A stretch of DNA of 52,514 nucleotides, taken from Candidatus Heimdallarchaeota archaeon. Its GTDB lineage: Archaea; Asgardarchaeota; Heimdallarchaeia; Heimdallarchaeales; Heimdallarchaeaceae. Positions within the stretch are counted from its first letter, which is position 1, and each line of letters begins with the position of its first letter. A model generated the notes under the pieces. That model was not told the origin of the DNA, ran no database searches, and saw only the letters and a program-made list of their open reading frames with translations. The position numbers and the translations under genes were made by a program. The stretch covers positions 1-52,514 of the forward strand of contig JAHLWR010000024.1 in assembly GCA_019057815.1 (NCBI GenBank), read 5' to 3'. Shown piece after piece: positions 10,245 to 20,830 of this stretch.

Positions 10245-11498
10245 ATGAAAATTTTGTTGATTTCCTATTTCTTTCCTCCAGATAAATCAGTTGGAGGTTT
10301 AAGAGCAGCGAGTATAACTAAATACTTTCCTGATACGGGTATTGAAGTAGTTTTGTTAACAAGTCAAACTGATTTAGAAAAAGCAGAGGGAATTCAAGAG
10401 CAATTCAACATAAAGGAGTTATTCACAGCAAAAAGATCGAAATTAAGATATTGGGGGTACAAAACTAAGATTCTTGCCCTTCTTGAACTTCTAAATTTGG
10501 ATAAACTTTTCGTTTTTCCTGATATCTATTTTCCTTGGATACGAAGAGCTGTAAAGGAGGGTAGAAAAGCAATAAAGCAAACTAATCCCGATTGTATTCT
10601 AGTGACTGCTCCACCATTTTCTTCATTTATTGTAGCCAACAAGCTTTCACTTGAGTTTAATTTACCTTTACTTCTTGATTATAGAGATCCTTGGAGTGGC
10701 AATCCTACAATTACGTATCCTTTGGAAATTGTTCATAAGAGACACTTTAAAATGGAAAAAAAAATCATTCAAAGAGCGGATTTAGTTGTAACAGTTTCTG
10801 AAGAATATGCAGAAGTTATTTCTTCAAATATAGACTTTCCACTAGAGAAGATTAGTATAATCTACAATGGCTACACTTCAGTATTTGAAGATGAGAAGAA
10901 TGTCCAGAAAACTAAAAAACTAAAGATCTTTTACTCTGGTTCCATTCATTCAATCTACAAAAAAACTTTTGATAGTTTCTTATATGCACTAAATGCTCTT
11001 ATCTGCGAAAAGAATCTCACACCAGAGGATATATGTTTCTCTTATGCAGGTGTAACATCACGAAAAACTATTTACAGGAAATTAGAAAAATTCAATATGG
11101 TTCCATTTTTTAAGGATTTAGGATACCTTCAAGGAGAAGAATATTATGAGCAGCTTCAAGAAGCTAATTTACACCTTGTTTTTAATCCAGAAATACACAA
11201 ATATGCTTTAGTAACAAAAATATACGATTACATGCAAGTTGATTCACATTTTCTTATCATTGGAAAACAAGGAGCAGTTGTGAAAATCTGCAAGGAAGTG
11301 AAACAACAATATACTTTTGCAAATGATGAAAAACCTGAAAATGTTGCTACAATGTTAACATCTCTATACGAAAAGTGGAAAGACAATAAATTAGCATATG
11401 GAGCACAGAAAGAGCTTGTATGCAAATATAGTAGAGAAGAACAAACTAAAAGATATGCTAATCTCATTAGTAAAACAATAAAAATCTATAATAGTTGA
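10245..11498 (+). CDS. Glycosyltransferase, GT4-like (GT-B)
   Basis: MKILLISYFFPP...GGLR, TAPPFSS, DYRDPW, IYNGY, YSGSI, KIYDY. Confidence 0.92.
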   Translation: MKILLISYFFPPDKSVGGLRAASITKYFPDTGIEVVLLTSQTDLEKAEGIQEQFNIKELFTAKRSKLRYWGYKTKILALLELLNLDKLFVFPDIYFPWIRRAVKEGRKAIKQTNPDCILVTAPPFSSFIVANKLSLEFNLPLLLDYRDPWSGNPTITYPLEIVHKRHFKMEKKIIQRADLVVTVSEEYAEVISSNIDFPLEKISIIYNGYTSVFEDEKNVQKTKKLKIFYSGSIHSIYKKTFDSFLYALNALICEKNLTPEDICFSYAGVTSRKTIYRKLEKFNMVPFFKDLGYLQGEEYYEQLQEANLHLVFNPEIHKYALVTKIYDYMQVDSHFLIIGKQGAVVKICKEVKQQYTFANDEKPENVATMLTSLYEKWKDNKLAYGAQKELVCKYSREEQTKRYANLISKTIKIYNS

Positions 11499-11646
11499 AA
11501 TAGAGCAGCTCAACTATCTAAATATTCGTTTTCTTGAGAATATGGTTTAAATAAACTCAATTAGCTATAGTTCCAACGGAGTAGTGAAAAGAACAGACGC
11601 AAGACATTTAATAGTATATTAAAAAATATCTTACCAGAAGAAGAAA

Positions 11647-13092
11647 ATGAGTAACACAGAATTGACCTTAAAATCGATGTACGAAAGGTTTATCCAGATT
11701 GAAGAAGAAATGTCATTATTTGAATTGAAAATAAATAATATTCATTTCTGGGAGAGAATAAGGTTCAATGCCTTTCAGATAATCTTTTATGAGAAAATTG
11801 TACCTTTAGAATCTGGTTCTGAGTCTCGAGTTTCTCCTCCTCCAAAACTGATTAACTATTTTATTAAAGCAAAAAATTATCTCTATTCTTTGGTAAGACT
11901 GGGAAAAAACCCCTTCATAGCAAGGAAAAAAGATATACTCATTCTTAGTAATCCTAAAAGAAAATTGCAATCAAATGGTAAATGGTGGGATGTTTATACT
12001 GACACTTTTATCGATAAACTCAATTATTCTGCTGTATCGATAGAAAGTGATTTTTCATTACAATATCTATCCCCCCCTCAAACAAAGAATCTCAAGTATT
12101 TCGCTTTTGCTAGTTTATTAGTAGAGATTAAAAGGTTGTTTAAAAAAGGAAAAGTAACCTTGAACTCTAATGATAAGGATGTTTTGGAAAGAATTTCTTC
12201 TGAATTTCAGAAGTTCTTCGAAATAAAGCTAGATCTCATTATACTTGTAACAAACATCCTTACAAGAAGATCAAGATTTCTTCCACTCTATTTTTCCATA
12301 CTGAAAAGAATTAAACCAAAGATTGTGATAGTTATATGTAGCTACGGAAAAGAGGACTTCATTGAGGCATGTAAAGCAAAAGAAATACCAGTCATAGAAC
12401 TGCAACATGGAGTTATAACACGATACCATGTTGGTTATTCTTATGAAAAAGATAAAGCAAGAAAACACACTTTTCCTGATTATTTTTTCTCATTTGGTGA
12501 ATTCTGGAAAGAAACAGTAAAATATCCAATAGATAAGAGTAAAATCTTCAATATTGGTTATCCTGAATGGGAAAAGAAAAAGGAAGAACTTAAAGAAGTT
12601 AAGAAAGAGAAACAAATTCTTTTTATTTCTCAGAAGACTATTGGTTATAACCTCTCAAAGTTTGCTTCAAATCTGAGTAAAGTAGATAATTTAGACTATA
12701 AAATAATCTATAAACTTCATCCTTCGGAATGTGAAGATTGGCAGAAAAATTTTCCTTGGTTGGAGGAAAGTGATATAGAAGTAGTTGAATTTAGTGGGAA
12801 AGAAATCTATCAATTATTTGCTGAATCGGAGATTCAAATTGGAGTGTATTCTACGGCAATCTTTGAAGGGTTAAGTTTTGATCTCAAAACATTTCTCTAT
12901 GAAGCACCGGGTATTGAATATATGCAACCATTAGTGGAAGGGGGTTTTGTAACAAAAATATGCGACACAGAAGACTTTTTAGAAAAAATGAAAACAAAAG
13001 AAATGAAAAAATTTGATTCAGAATTGCTCTTTAAAAGTAATTCATTAGAGAATATAAAGAGTAAAATTGATGAAATAATCAAAATTAAATAG
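11647..13092 (+). CDS. Putative nonulosonic-acid (sialyl-type) transferase / capsule biosynthesis GT-B protein
   Basis: IELQHG, FPDYFFSFGEFW, GYP, ILFISQ, KLHP, STAIFE motifs; located in the NeuA/NeuB cluster. Confidence 0.65.
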   Translation: MSNTELTLKSMYERFIQIEEEMSLFELKINNIHFWERIRFNAFQIIFYEKIVPLESGSESRVSPPPKLINYFIKAKNYLYSLVRLGKNPFIARKKDILILSNPKRKLQSNGKWWDVYTDTFIDKLNYSAVSIESDFSLQYLSPPQTKNLKYFAFASLLVEIKRLFKKGKVTLNSNDKDVLERISSEFQKFFEIKLDLIILVTNILTRRSRFLPLYFSILKRIKPKIVIVICSYGKEDFIEACKAKEIPVIELQHGVITRYHVGYSYEKDKARKHTFPDYFFSFGEFWKETVKYPIDKSKIFNIGYPEWEKKKEELKEVKKEKQILFISQKTIGYNLSKFASNLSKVDNLDYKIIYKLHPSECEDWQKNFPWLEESDIEVVEFSGKEIYQLFAESEIQIGVYSTAIFEGLSFDLKTFLYEAPGIEYMQPLVEGGFVTKICDTEDFLEKMKTKEMKKFDSELLFKSNSLENIKSKIDEIIKIK

Positions 13093-13120
13093 ATTCCTTA
13101 TACTTTATTCGAATATTTTT

Positions 13121-14680
13121 CTAAGTGTTTCGGTTTCTGGATTGTTTAAACCCTTTAGTGTAATCTTTGAAAATATCTGTGAGGAAATTAATATCTTTTC
13201 TAGTTACAAGTTTTGAAACAAAAACCAAAATAAAAAATAATACTGTGCTAATCGAGAAAGAGATTACAATATTAGTTTCATAACCTAGAAAAGAGAATAC
13301 CCAGAAATAGAAAATAACACCTAACCCTATTGAAATCGCGGATATCAATAATATACTAAATAAGACTTTCAAATCATATTTAACCTTGAAATATCTTTGT
13401 GAAACAAAAAATAATCCTATAAAATATAAACCTCGACGTGTCAAATAAGCTAAAGATATTCCAACTAGTGGATTAATTGGAATAGTGAAGTAAGCTACCA
13501 CTACTGCTGCAATAAAGCTAATTACACCTACAATTCCATTCCAGTAGTTTTTGAAATAAAGACCATGACCGTAAGTAACTATACTTTGTAAGTATTGGAA
13601 GAAAACAGACAGAAGTAGTAAAGGAATAGCGGAGATACTTGGTAGATAAATATCTTTTGTAAAAAAACTGATTAGTAAAGGTGAGAAAGCGAACAATATC
13701 AAGGCTATGGGAATGAATACGATTATAAAAATCTTAGAAATTTGGACAGTTAGCCTTTCCATTTCCTTAAATCGATCCCTTTCAAAATTCTTGTAAATAA
13801 CAGGACGATAAACCATTCTAAACACGTTTCCAGCTATCAATATTAGGTTAACAACAGTCAATGCACCAAATCTGTACAAAGCGATAGTTGTTGTCCCAGT
13901 GGTAGGATCTGTAAAATCGATAAAAAGGAGGATAGCTAAATCAAATACATAAAATAAAATACCGGCAAAGTAAGGTGGTAACGAGTATTTAGTGATTTTT
14001 TTAAGCTCCTTTATTGAAAATCTCCCAATACCTATATCCTTTACTATTTTGTAAACACTATATAATGCTACAATAAACTCAGTAACAGCCAAACCTGCAA
14101 TTAGACCAAAAACACCTAAATCTAGGAAAATCACAAATAGTATCCCAAAAGGAATTTGAAGCAACACTCGCATAATTACAACTATAGCATAATGTCGACT
14201 GTTTTGAAGAGAAGTTGCAACAGTAAAACAAATTGTACTAAAGATTTGAGCTAATACAATAATCGCAATAAGTGATAGAGCAGCAATGTAACTTTCAAGC
14301 TCTAAAAACCAAGGCATTATATCACTAGTAAGATAAAGTACGAGTAGCGTAGCTACAATAAGAAACTCAATTAAAATAAATATAACTGTACCTGTAAAAA
14401 TAAGATCTCTAATTTCTTGTGTTTTTCCTTTCGTTTTGTACCTTATTGTATATCGATTTAATGCACTTGGGAACCCAAAAGCAGCAAAAGTCATAATTAG
14501 TGCAGCAGCTGAAATAATAAGTGTATATTGTCCCATTTCATCACGAGTGAGAACATTTGTAAAAATTTTAGTGAAAGCAACACCAAATAGTTTAGCTAGT
14601 GCAAATGAGATGATGAAGATTACAAGGAATTTAGAGCTCTTTCCTTGTTCAAACAAAGAATGTTTGGAAACTTCCGTCAT
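13121..14680 (-). CDS. Oligosaccharide flippase (Wzx/MOP family)
   Basis: Many TM helices; LTxDEMGQY, FGFPSALNRY, LGVFGL patterns. Confidence 0.9.
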   Translation of the reverse strand: MTEVSKHSLFEQGKSSKFLVIFIISFALAKLFGVAFTKIFTNVLTRDEMGQYTLIISAAALIMTFAAFGFPSALNRYTIRYKTKGKTQEIRDLIFTGTVIFILIEFLIVATLLVLYLTSDIMPWFLELESYIAALSLIAIIVLAQIFSTICFTVATSLQNSRHYAIVVIMRVLLQIPFGILFVIFLDLGVFGLIAGLAVTEFIVALYSVYKIVKDIGIGRFSIKELKKITKYSLPPYFAGILFYVFDLAILLFIDFTDPTTGTTTIALYRFGALTVVNLILIAGNVFRMVYRPVIYKNFERDRFKEMERLTVQISKIFIIVFIPIALILFAFSPLLISFFTKDIYLPSISAIPLLLLSVFFQYLQSIVTYGHGLYFKNYWNGIVGVISFIAAVVVAYFTIPINPLVGISLAYLTRRGLYFIGLFFVSQRYFKVKYDLKVLFSILLISAISIGLGVIFYFWVFSFLGYETNIVISFSISTVLFFILVFVSKLVTRKDINFLTDIFKDYTKGFKQSRNRNT

Positions 14681-14762
14681 GCATTTACACCAAATGATTG
14701 AAAAAGAGAATTATAATGCCTATTTAAAAATATCTGAACATTGTGTTATGTGATTCAAAATT

Positions 14763-15791
14763 TCATTTCAAGTTTTCAATAAAGGGAAGCATTACATCGT
14801 AATATTTTTTCTTCATAAAGTCAGTAATTGAGTAGAATTTTTCAAATTCATTTTCAAGAGTGTGTTTAATGTTCCTTTTGAGATCTTTTAGAGCTTTAGG
14901 CATAAATGCTGAAACATCCAATTCATTGTCAATTGTTAATGAAAGACCTTTTCCTCTTCCATCTTCATGAAGCAAGAAAGAGGGTTTTTTGATACTTAAG
15001 AAATAGATGTGACTATGTACTCGATAACCTACATGTAAATCGTATTTTCGATATAATTCGAGCTTTTCAGCACCATAAGACATTTCAATTGTACTGAAAC
15101 CTAATGATCTTGCATAGAATTCTAAGAAACGATAAACATAACTAATTCTTCTTTTGATATACTGATCTTTGCTTATCCCCCTATGAAAGCTACATAATAT
15201 CCTTGCTCTTGGGAAAAGATTTTTTACGATATGAAAAAGTTTGATTGTTTGATAGGTATATTTGATTTTAGCAGGAGTTGTAATAACAATTCTTTTTATT
15301 TGTTCTGGAGGAATAAAATCAGTATTGATCGTATCTAAAGAATACCAAGCTGGGCATCCTGATAAAACAACATTGGTGATTTTATTCCAAGAAAGAATCT
15401 TTAAAGTTAAAACATCTCTTACACTAGATTCAGTGATATTTGAATGGATTTCTTGAATAGCCTTTATTGAACTATCAGTGAACCTAAATTCTTTCATGTT
15501 TAGGGGTAAACCTGACCATCCTGAACCAAAAGGTATTATTGGCACTTCAATTTTCTCTAAAGGATTGGTTAAGGGATATATTGCTGGGTAAAATCTCTCT
15601 CCATAGCCTGGTCCTCCACAGATTATAACTCCCTTTGAAGAGTTCACAACATCTAATTTATTATCTAACTTCTCCCATCTTTTATAGATGGTAAACTCCT
15701 CGTTTAAGTGTTCTTCTAAGAGTGCTTTAGCTCTATTAAAAATTAGATAATCGCCTGCATTTTTTTTTGCACCACTTAGCAATATATACAT
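14763..15791 (-). CDS. Polysaccharide pyruvyl transferase family protein
   Basis: KNAGDYLI, ICGGPG, SVRD, GCPAW, GYRVHSHI. Confidence 0.88.
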   Translation of the reverse strand: MYILLSGAKKNAGDYLIFNRAKALLEEHLNEEFTIYKRWEKLDNKLDVVNSSKGVIICGGPGYGERFYPAIYPLTNPLEKIEVPIIPFGSGWSGLPLNMKEFRFTDSSIKAIQEIHSNITESSVRDVLTLKILSWNKITNVVLSGCPAWYSLDTINTDFIPPEQIKRIVITTPAKIKYTYQTIKLFHIVKNLFPRARILCSFHRGISKDQYIKRRISYVYRFLEFYARSLGFSTIEMSYGAEKLELYRKYDLHVGYRVHSHIYFLSIKKPSFLLHEDGRGKGLSLTIDNELDVSAFMPKALKDLKRNIKHTLENEFEKFYSITDFMKKKYYDVMLPFIENLK

Positions 15792-15968
15792 AGGTATTTG
15801 TTTTTTAGTTGTATTTATTAGATTTGTGGTTTTCTTTTAAACCCCAAAGGGCTTAAATTACAAAGTCTCCATCTTTAGCTATTCAAATTATTCTCAAGAT
15901 ACTTCAAAATCATATCATAGATGATTATTTTTAAAAAAATCATTACTTTATTTCTACTTTTGAACATA

Positions 15969-17744
15969 TCAATTTGATTTTATTTTGGACCTAAATCTTT
16001 CAAGAAAATATTCCACAGTATAAACTCTACCTAAATCTGATTCTTTTAATCTCAACTTATTAATTCTTTTTCCAAAGATTTTAGTGAATAACAGTTCTTG
16101 TTCTAAATATTCTCTCCAAGGTTTTCCTATTTTTGCTTCAGGTTTTATAGCTCTTTTCTTTTTACTTCTGCTCTTAGTTATATTTTTGAGAAGATTTTTT
16201 GTTTTAAAGATCAAGTATTCATCTTTGATAAATGTTCTAATAACAATTCCTAGAATGACTTTCATTTTTTCTTTAATAGTCTCATTTGGTGTAATGATTT
16301 TCCTCTTATCTTCACTCCAAACGAAATTATATCCATAATTTGATTTATATGAAGCAAATTCTTTATCAAATTTCTCAATTATTTGCATCATAAATTTCTC
16401 ATCATCTTTTTCTTTTCTACTAATTTTGAATACAAAAGATGTTAACTCATAATCCAAAAGTGGATGTAAGCGATATCCATATCTGTTGAAAAAAGAAATT
16501 CTACTCCCACCCCAATACATCATTTTAAGAAAATAATAAACTCTTTCGAGTTCCTCCCTACTTAGTTTATCCTTCTTTTCATTTAGAAGAAAATAGAATT
16601 TTTGCTTCAATTTTTTTCTATAATTCATATGATCTTTTTTTGATAGAATAAATGGAATTGGAATTGTTGTATATTGCTTCCTCAATAAATTATTAATATT
16701 CTTAGTTTTTTTGTACTTTAAATCTCTATATAGTTCTCCTCCATAACCCCCGACAATCAAATCGAATTTTTTAGTTTTTTCATCGAAAATTATTGACGAA
16801 TAATAACCTCCAAAATTTTCCCTAATAAGTTCATTTTTTTCAAAGGAGCTGAAAATTGCTTCATCAAAATTTGAATCTACCATTTTTCTTTTAAAAAAAA
16901 TAATTTCTCTATTTTCTTCTTTAGCAATTTTTAAAGGAATAGCGGAATCTAATGGATCAGCGGTATTTTCATTTGTATTCAAAACGTGCTTTAAATTCAT
17001 ATTCTTAAAGATAGCACAGACTAACCTAGTATCATAACCAGCAGATAATTCTACTGATAATGACATATCCATATCTGTAAAAATATCAAAATACTTCTTG
17101 ATTTCCTCAATAATTGTATCAATAGTTACTTGTTTCTTTATCGTTCTTTCTTTGAAATATTCTTTTGTTTCTATCATATGTTTATTATCAAGCATATGAA
17201 TACGCCCGAATTTTAGAAAATCTATTTCCTTAACTGGTGTCTTGAGAAAGAATGCTTCAAACATCATGAATTCTATTAATTCCTGCTTGTTAATTGTAAT
17301 TTGATCTAGAATTTCGATGATAGAATAGAAAGAAGTTGAACAATAGATATTTTCATCAATAACGGAATAAAAGGAATGATAGGACCCAGTTTTATCAGTA
17401 ATTATGGTTACTTTTCCATTTAGATAGAGAATTAAATTAAAATGTCCCATAACTTCATTGAAAAGCTGATAATCTTGCTCTTTCAGGTAGCTTTCATATA
17501 TATCTTCTAAAGCTGCATAACCAAATTTATTATTAAAAAAGAATGTTCCCACTCCAATAACATAATCACTATCTCTTTTGAAAATATGGCTTGTTGTAGA
17601 TACATTTATTTTGTGAAAATAAAGCAACTTATATCCTTCAAAATTTAAAATGGTGTATTTCTTCATTTCTTTTTTACTAAAAATTTCAATAACTGTTTTC
17701 TCTAATACTTCACTTGTATTATTAGTTAGAAAAAAGCCACCCAT
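15969..17744 (-). CDS. Asparagine synthase-like (AsnB-fold) glycan amidotransferase/ligase
   Basis: Ntn-like N-domain (TDKTG), LSAGYDTR PP-loop, GGYGGELYR, HPLLD; lacks the N-terminal Cys. Confidence 0.75.
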   Translation of the reverse strand: MGGFFLTNNTSEVLEKTVIEIFSKKEMKKYTILNFEGYKLLYFHKINVSTTSHIFKRDSDYVIGVGTFFFNNKFGYAALEDIYESYLKEQDYQLFNEVMGHFNLILYLNGKVTIITDKTGSYHSFYSVIDENIYCSTSFYSIIEILDQITINKQELIEFMMFEAFFLKTPVKEIDFLKFGRIHMLDNKHMIETKEYFKERTIKKQVTIDTIIEEIKKYFDIFTDMDMSLSVELSAGYDTRLVCAIFKNMNLKHVLNTNENTADPLDSAIPLKIAKEENREIIFFKRKMVDSNFDEAIFSSFEKNELIRENFGGYYSSIIFDEKTKKFDLIVGGYGGELYRDLKYKKTKNINNLLRKQYTTIPIPFILSKKDHMNYRKKLKQKFYFLLNEKKDKLSREELERVYYFLKMMYWGGSRISFFNRYGYRLHPLLDYELTSFVFKISRKEKDDEKFMMQIIEKFDKEFASYKSNYGYNFVWSEDKRKIITPNETIKEKMKVILGIVIRTFIKDEYLIFKTKNLLKNITKSRSKKKRAIKPEAKIGKPWREYLEQELLFTKIFGKRINKLRLKESDLGRVYTVEYFLERFRSKIKSN

Positions 17745-17877
17745 GAATAGAACCCGATAAAAGATATTTTAAACCTTGTTATGTCAGAATTTAATAATTA
17801 ATTCAGGTTTTACTCTCCTCATCTCGATTCTTAATTTTATTGGAAAAACTCATATATAGATTTTTTTTTACAGAATT

Positions 17878-19569
17878 GTGTATGAAAATAATTCAATTTT
17901 AGTTATTATCCCAGCAAGAGGGGGTTCAAAAGGAATACCTAGAAAAAATGTTAAGTTTCTAAATGGTAACCCTTTGATATCTTATTCTATTAAGACTTGT
18001 TTATTTTCAAAATATGTAGATAAAACTATAGTTTCAACAGACGATGAAGAAATAGCAGCCATATCAAGATTCTACAATGTTGACGAAGTTATTATGCGCC
18101 CTGCTAGCCTTGCAGAGGATATCACGACATTGGATCCAGTAATATTTCATGCTTTTCACGAATATTGCAAAATTAATAATGAGAAATTTGATGTTGTAAT
18201 AACTATTCAACCCACTAGTCCTCTACTGAAAACTTCATCATTAGATGAAGCTATTAGACGATTCTTCGAAAAAGAAGCTTCATCTCTTATATCTGTTAAA
18301 CCTGTAAGTCATTTATTTTGGGAGAAAAAGGGAGAAAAATATTCTCCATATTATCCTGAGAGACTCAATCGTCAAGAGTTATCTCCCGTATTCTTTGAAA
18401 CAGGAAGTATTGTAATTTCTAAAGCAGATTTAATTACAGAGAAAGCGAGAATCTTTGAGCCTTTGGAAATTTATGAAACATCAGGTACGGAAGATATTGA
18501 CATTGATAGCTATCTTGACTGGGCTGTAGTAGAGAAAATAATGAAAAGAAAGAAAATTTTTATGAGAGTTGATGGAGACTTTGATATTGGGATGGGGCAT
18601 ATATACAGAAATATCACTTTAGCGAGTAATCTTCTCGACCATGATATCTACTTCATAATGGATAAAAAAAGAAAATTGGGAATAGAAAAGGTATCTTCTT
18701 TGAATTATAAGATACTAAAAATAGAAAATGAACAAGATTTCTTCAACTTAATTGAAAAAGAGAGCCCAGAGATAGTCATGATAGACATTTTAGATACATC
18801 TATCGAGTTGATGGAAAAAATCTCTACATTCGACGTTTTTATCGTTTCATTTGAAGATTTGGGAGCAGGATTAGACTATGCTGATATAGTTATTAATGCT
18901 GTTTACCAAGCTGATAAAAATAATCAAGAAAATGTTGTGAGTGGGTATAAGTATTTGTGCTTAAGAGATGAGTTCTTTCTAGTTCCCTTTAAAACAGTTC
19001 AAAAGGAAATTGATAATATTCTTATAGCTTTTGGGGGAACAGATCAGAATAATTTGTCGTTAGAAACGCTTAAAGTTCTAGAATCATTTGAAAATACGTA
19101 TTTTGAAATAACGATCATAGTTGGTTTGGCCTATAAAAATCTTGAAAATCTCAAAAACTATGCAAAAACCCTTCAAGATAGAGGATTAAAAATAGAAATT
19201 CTTAGAGATGTTAAGTTAATGTCCAAACATATGCACAAAGCAGACATAGCGATAACTTCCAATGGAAGAACTGTTTTTGAAATAGCTTCACTTGGTGTTC
19301 CCTGCATATCAATAGCGCAAAATGAAAGAGAGACACATCATACTTTTGTTGAGGATGTTGAAGGAGTTATCTATTTAGGAAGAGCTGATGACCACACGTC
19401 TGAACGTCTGAAAGAAAGTCTAGAACTGCTCATGACAGATTACCAGAAAAGGTTACAAATGAATGAATCTCTCGCACGGTATGACTTGAGAAAGGGCGTT
19501 AAAAGAGTATTAAGACTAATTTTTGATGAATATGAGAAGAAATATCCTTCGAATCTCTTAAATAGGTAA
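17878..19569 (+). CDS. Acylneuraminate cytidylyltransferase (NeuA/PseF) fused to a PseG/SpsG-like domain
   Basis: IIPARGGSKGIPRKN, VSTDD, QPTSPL, DIDS; then RVDG...IGMGHIYR, LRDEF, FGGTD, GRTVFE, QNERE. Confidence 0.92.
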   Translation: MYENNSILVIIPARGGSKGIPRKNVKFLNGNPLISYSIKTCLFSKYVDKTIVSTDDEEIAAISRFYNVDEVIMRPASLAEDITTLDPVIFHAFHEYCKINNEKFDVVITIQPTSPLLKTSSLDEAIRRFFEKEASSLISVKPVSHLFWEKKGEKYSPYYPERLNRQELSPVFFETGSIVISKADLITEKARIFEPLEIYETSGTEDIDIDSYLDWAVVEKIMKRKKIFMRVDGDFDIGMGHIYRNITLASNLLDHDIYFIMDKKRKLGIEKVSSLNYKILKIENEQDFFNLIEKESPEIVMIDILDTSIELMEKISTFDVFIVSFEDLGAGLDYADIVINAVYQADKNNQENVVSGYKYLCLRDEFFLVPFKTVQKEIDNILIAFGGTDQNNLSLETLKVLESFENTYFEITIIVGLAYKNLENLKNYAKTLQDRGLKIEILRDVKLMSKHMHKADIAITSNGRTVFEIASLGVPCISIAQNERETHHTFVEDVEGVIYLGRADDHTSERLKESLELLMTDYQKRLQMNESLARYDLRKGVKRVLRLIFDEYEKKYPSNLLNR

Positions 19570-19585
19570 TCAAATACGGGATGAT

Positions 19586-20638
19586 ATGAATCAGATAAAG
19601 ATTGGAGACACTTTAATAAAGGATAGGGGAAAACCTTTCATTGTTGCTGAAGCCGGAGTTAACTATGAAAACGACATGGACATAGCTAAAAAAATGGTTA
19701 AAGAAGTTGCTCAAGCAGGTGCTGACGCAATAAAATTCCAAACATATAAAGCTGAGACATTAGCAGCAAGAGACTCTCCAGCTTACTGGGAGACTGATAA
19801 AACCCAGAGAGATTTCTTTAAATTATTTGATACCTTTGGTGAGGAGGAATACATCGAATTAGCAAAAGAAGCGGAAAGACAAGGGATTTATTTCATGTCT
19901 ACACCTTTTGATCTGAAAAGCGTAGATTTTCTAGAACCACTCATGCCTGTTTTCAAAATAGCTTCAGCTGATATAACTAATTTACCCTTTTTGAGAAATA
20001 TTGCACAAAAAAACAAACCTATTTTCCTATCTACAGGAGCATCAACAATAGGAGAAATAGAATACGCTATAAGCGAAATCAAGAAAATTAATGAAGAAAT
20101 ACCAATCGCACCATTTCACTGTATATTAAGCTACCCAACTAAAAGAGAAGATGCTAATTTACGAATGATCAAACATCTAAAGAAAGTCTTTCCAAAGCAT
20201 ATCATAGGTTATTCTGACCACACTTTACCAGATAAAGGGATGGTGACACTAGTCGCTGCTTATCTTATGGGAGCAACAATTTTAGAGAAACACTTCACTT
20301 TAGATAAGTCTCTACCAGGAAATGACCATTATCATGCTATGGATCCTAAAGATTTGAAATTAGTAGTAGATAATTTCGATCTTTTATTGAAGTCTCTAGG
20401 AAAATATGAAAAAGAAATCATAGAAGCAGAACTCCCTGCAAGAAAGAACGCTCGAAGATCGCTAGTTACTTCGTGTTCAATATCAAAAGGAAAAGTAATC
20501 ACTCCTGAAAATATTACAACTAAAAGACCAGGAAAAGGGATAAGTCCAATTTACTATGATCTAATTATTGGAAAGAAATTGCTCAAAGACTTAAGTGAAG
20601 ATGAAATTCTCTATTGGGAATATTTCTTTGAAAAATAG
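19586..20638 (+). CDS. neuB: N-acetylneuraminate/nonulosonate synthase (NeuB/PseI/LegI family) with C-terminal SAF domain
   Basis: IVAEAGVN, GADAIKFQT, STPFD, KIASAD, LSTG, GYSDHT, EKHFTLD, RRS, KRPGKGI. Confidence 0.95.
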   Translation: MNQIKIGDTLIKDRGKPFIVAEAGVNYENDMDIAKKMVKEVAQAGADAIKFQTYKAETLAARDSPAYWETDKTQRDFFKLFDTFGEEEYIELAKEAERQGIYFMSTPFDLKSVDFLEPLMPVFKIASADITNLPFLRNIAQKNKPIFLSTGASTIGEIEYAISEIKKINEEIPIAPFHCILSYPTKREDANLRMIKHLKKVFPKHIIGYSDHTLPDKGMVTLVAAYLMGATILEKHFTLDKSLPGNDHYHAMDPKDLKLVVDNFDLLLKSLGKYEKEIIEAELPARKNARRSLVTSCSISKGKVITPENITTKRPGKGISPIYYDLIIGKKLLKDLSEDEILYWEYFFEK

Positions 20639-20830
20639 ATTGAAAATACAAATTATTTCTCCAATTTTTCTTGTTTAAATCATTTGAAATGTATTTTTTG
20701 TCATTAAAATTGAGAATAAATTCAATAAAAGGTTTGAATTTTCGCACAAAGAACTCCATAACGACATTATATTAATTATTCTTACTCTACTCTATTGATT
20801 AATTTTGAGAAATATATTTAGAAGATATTT

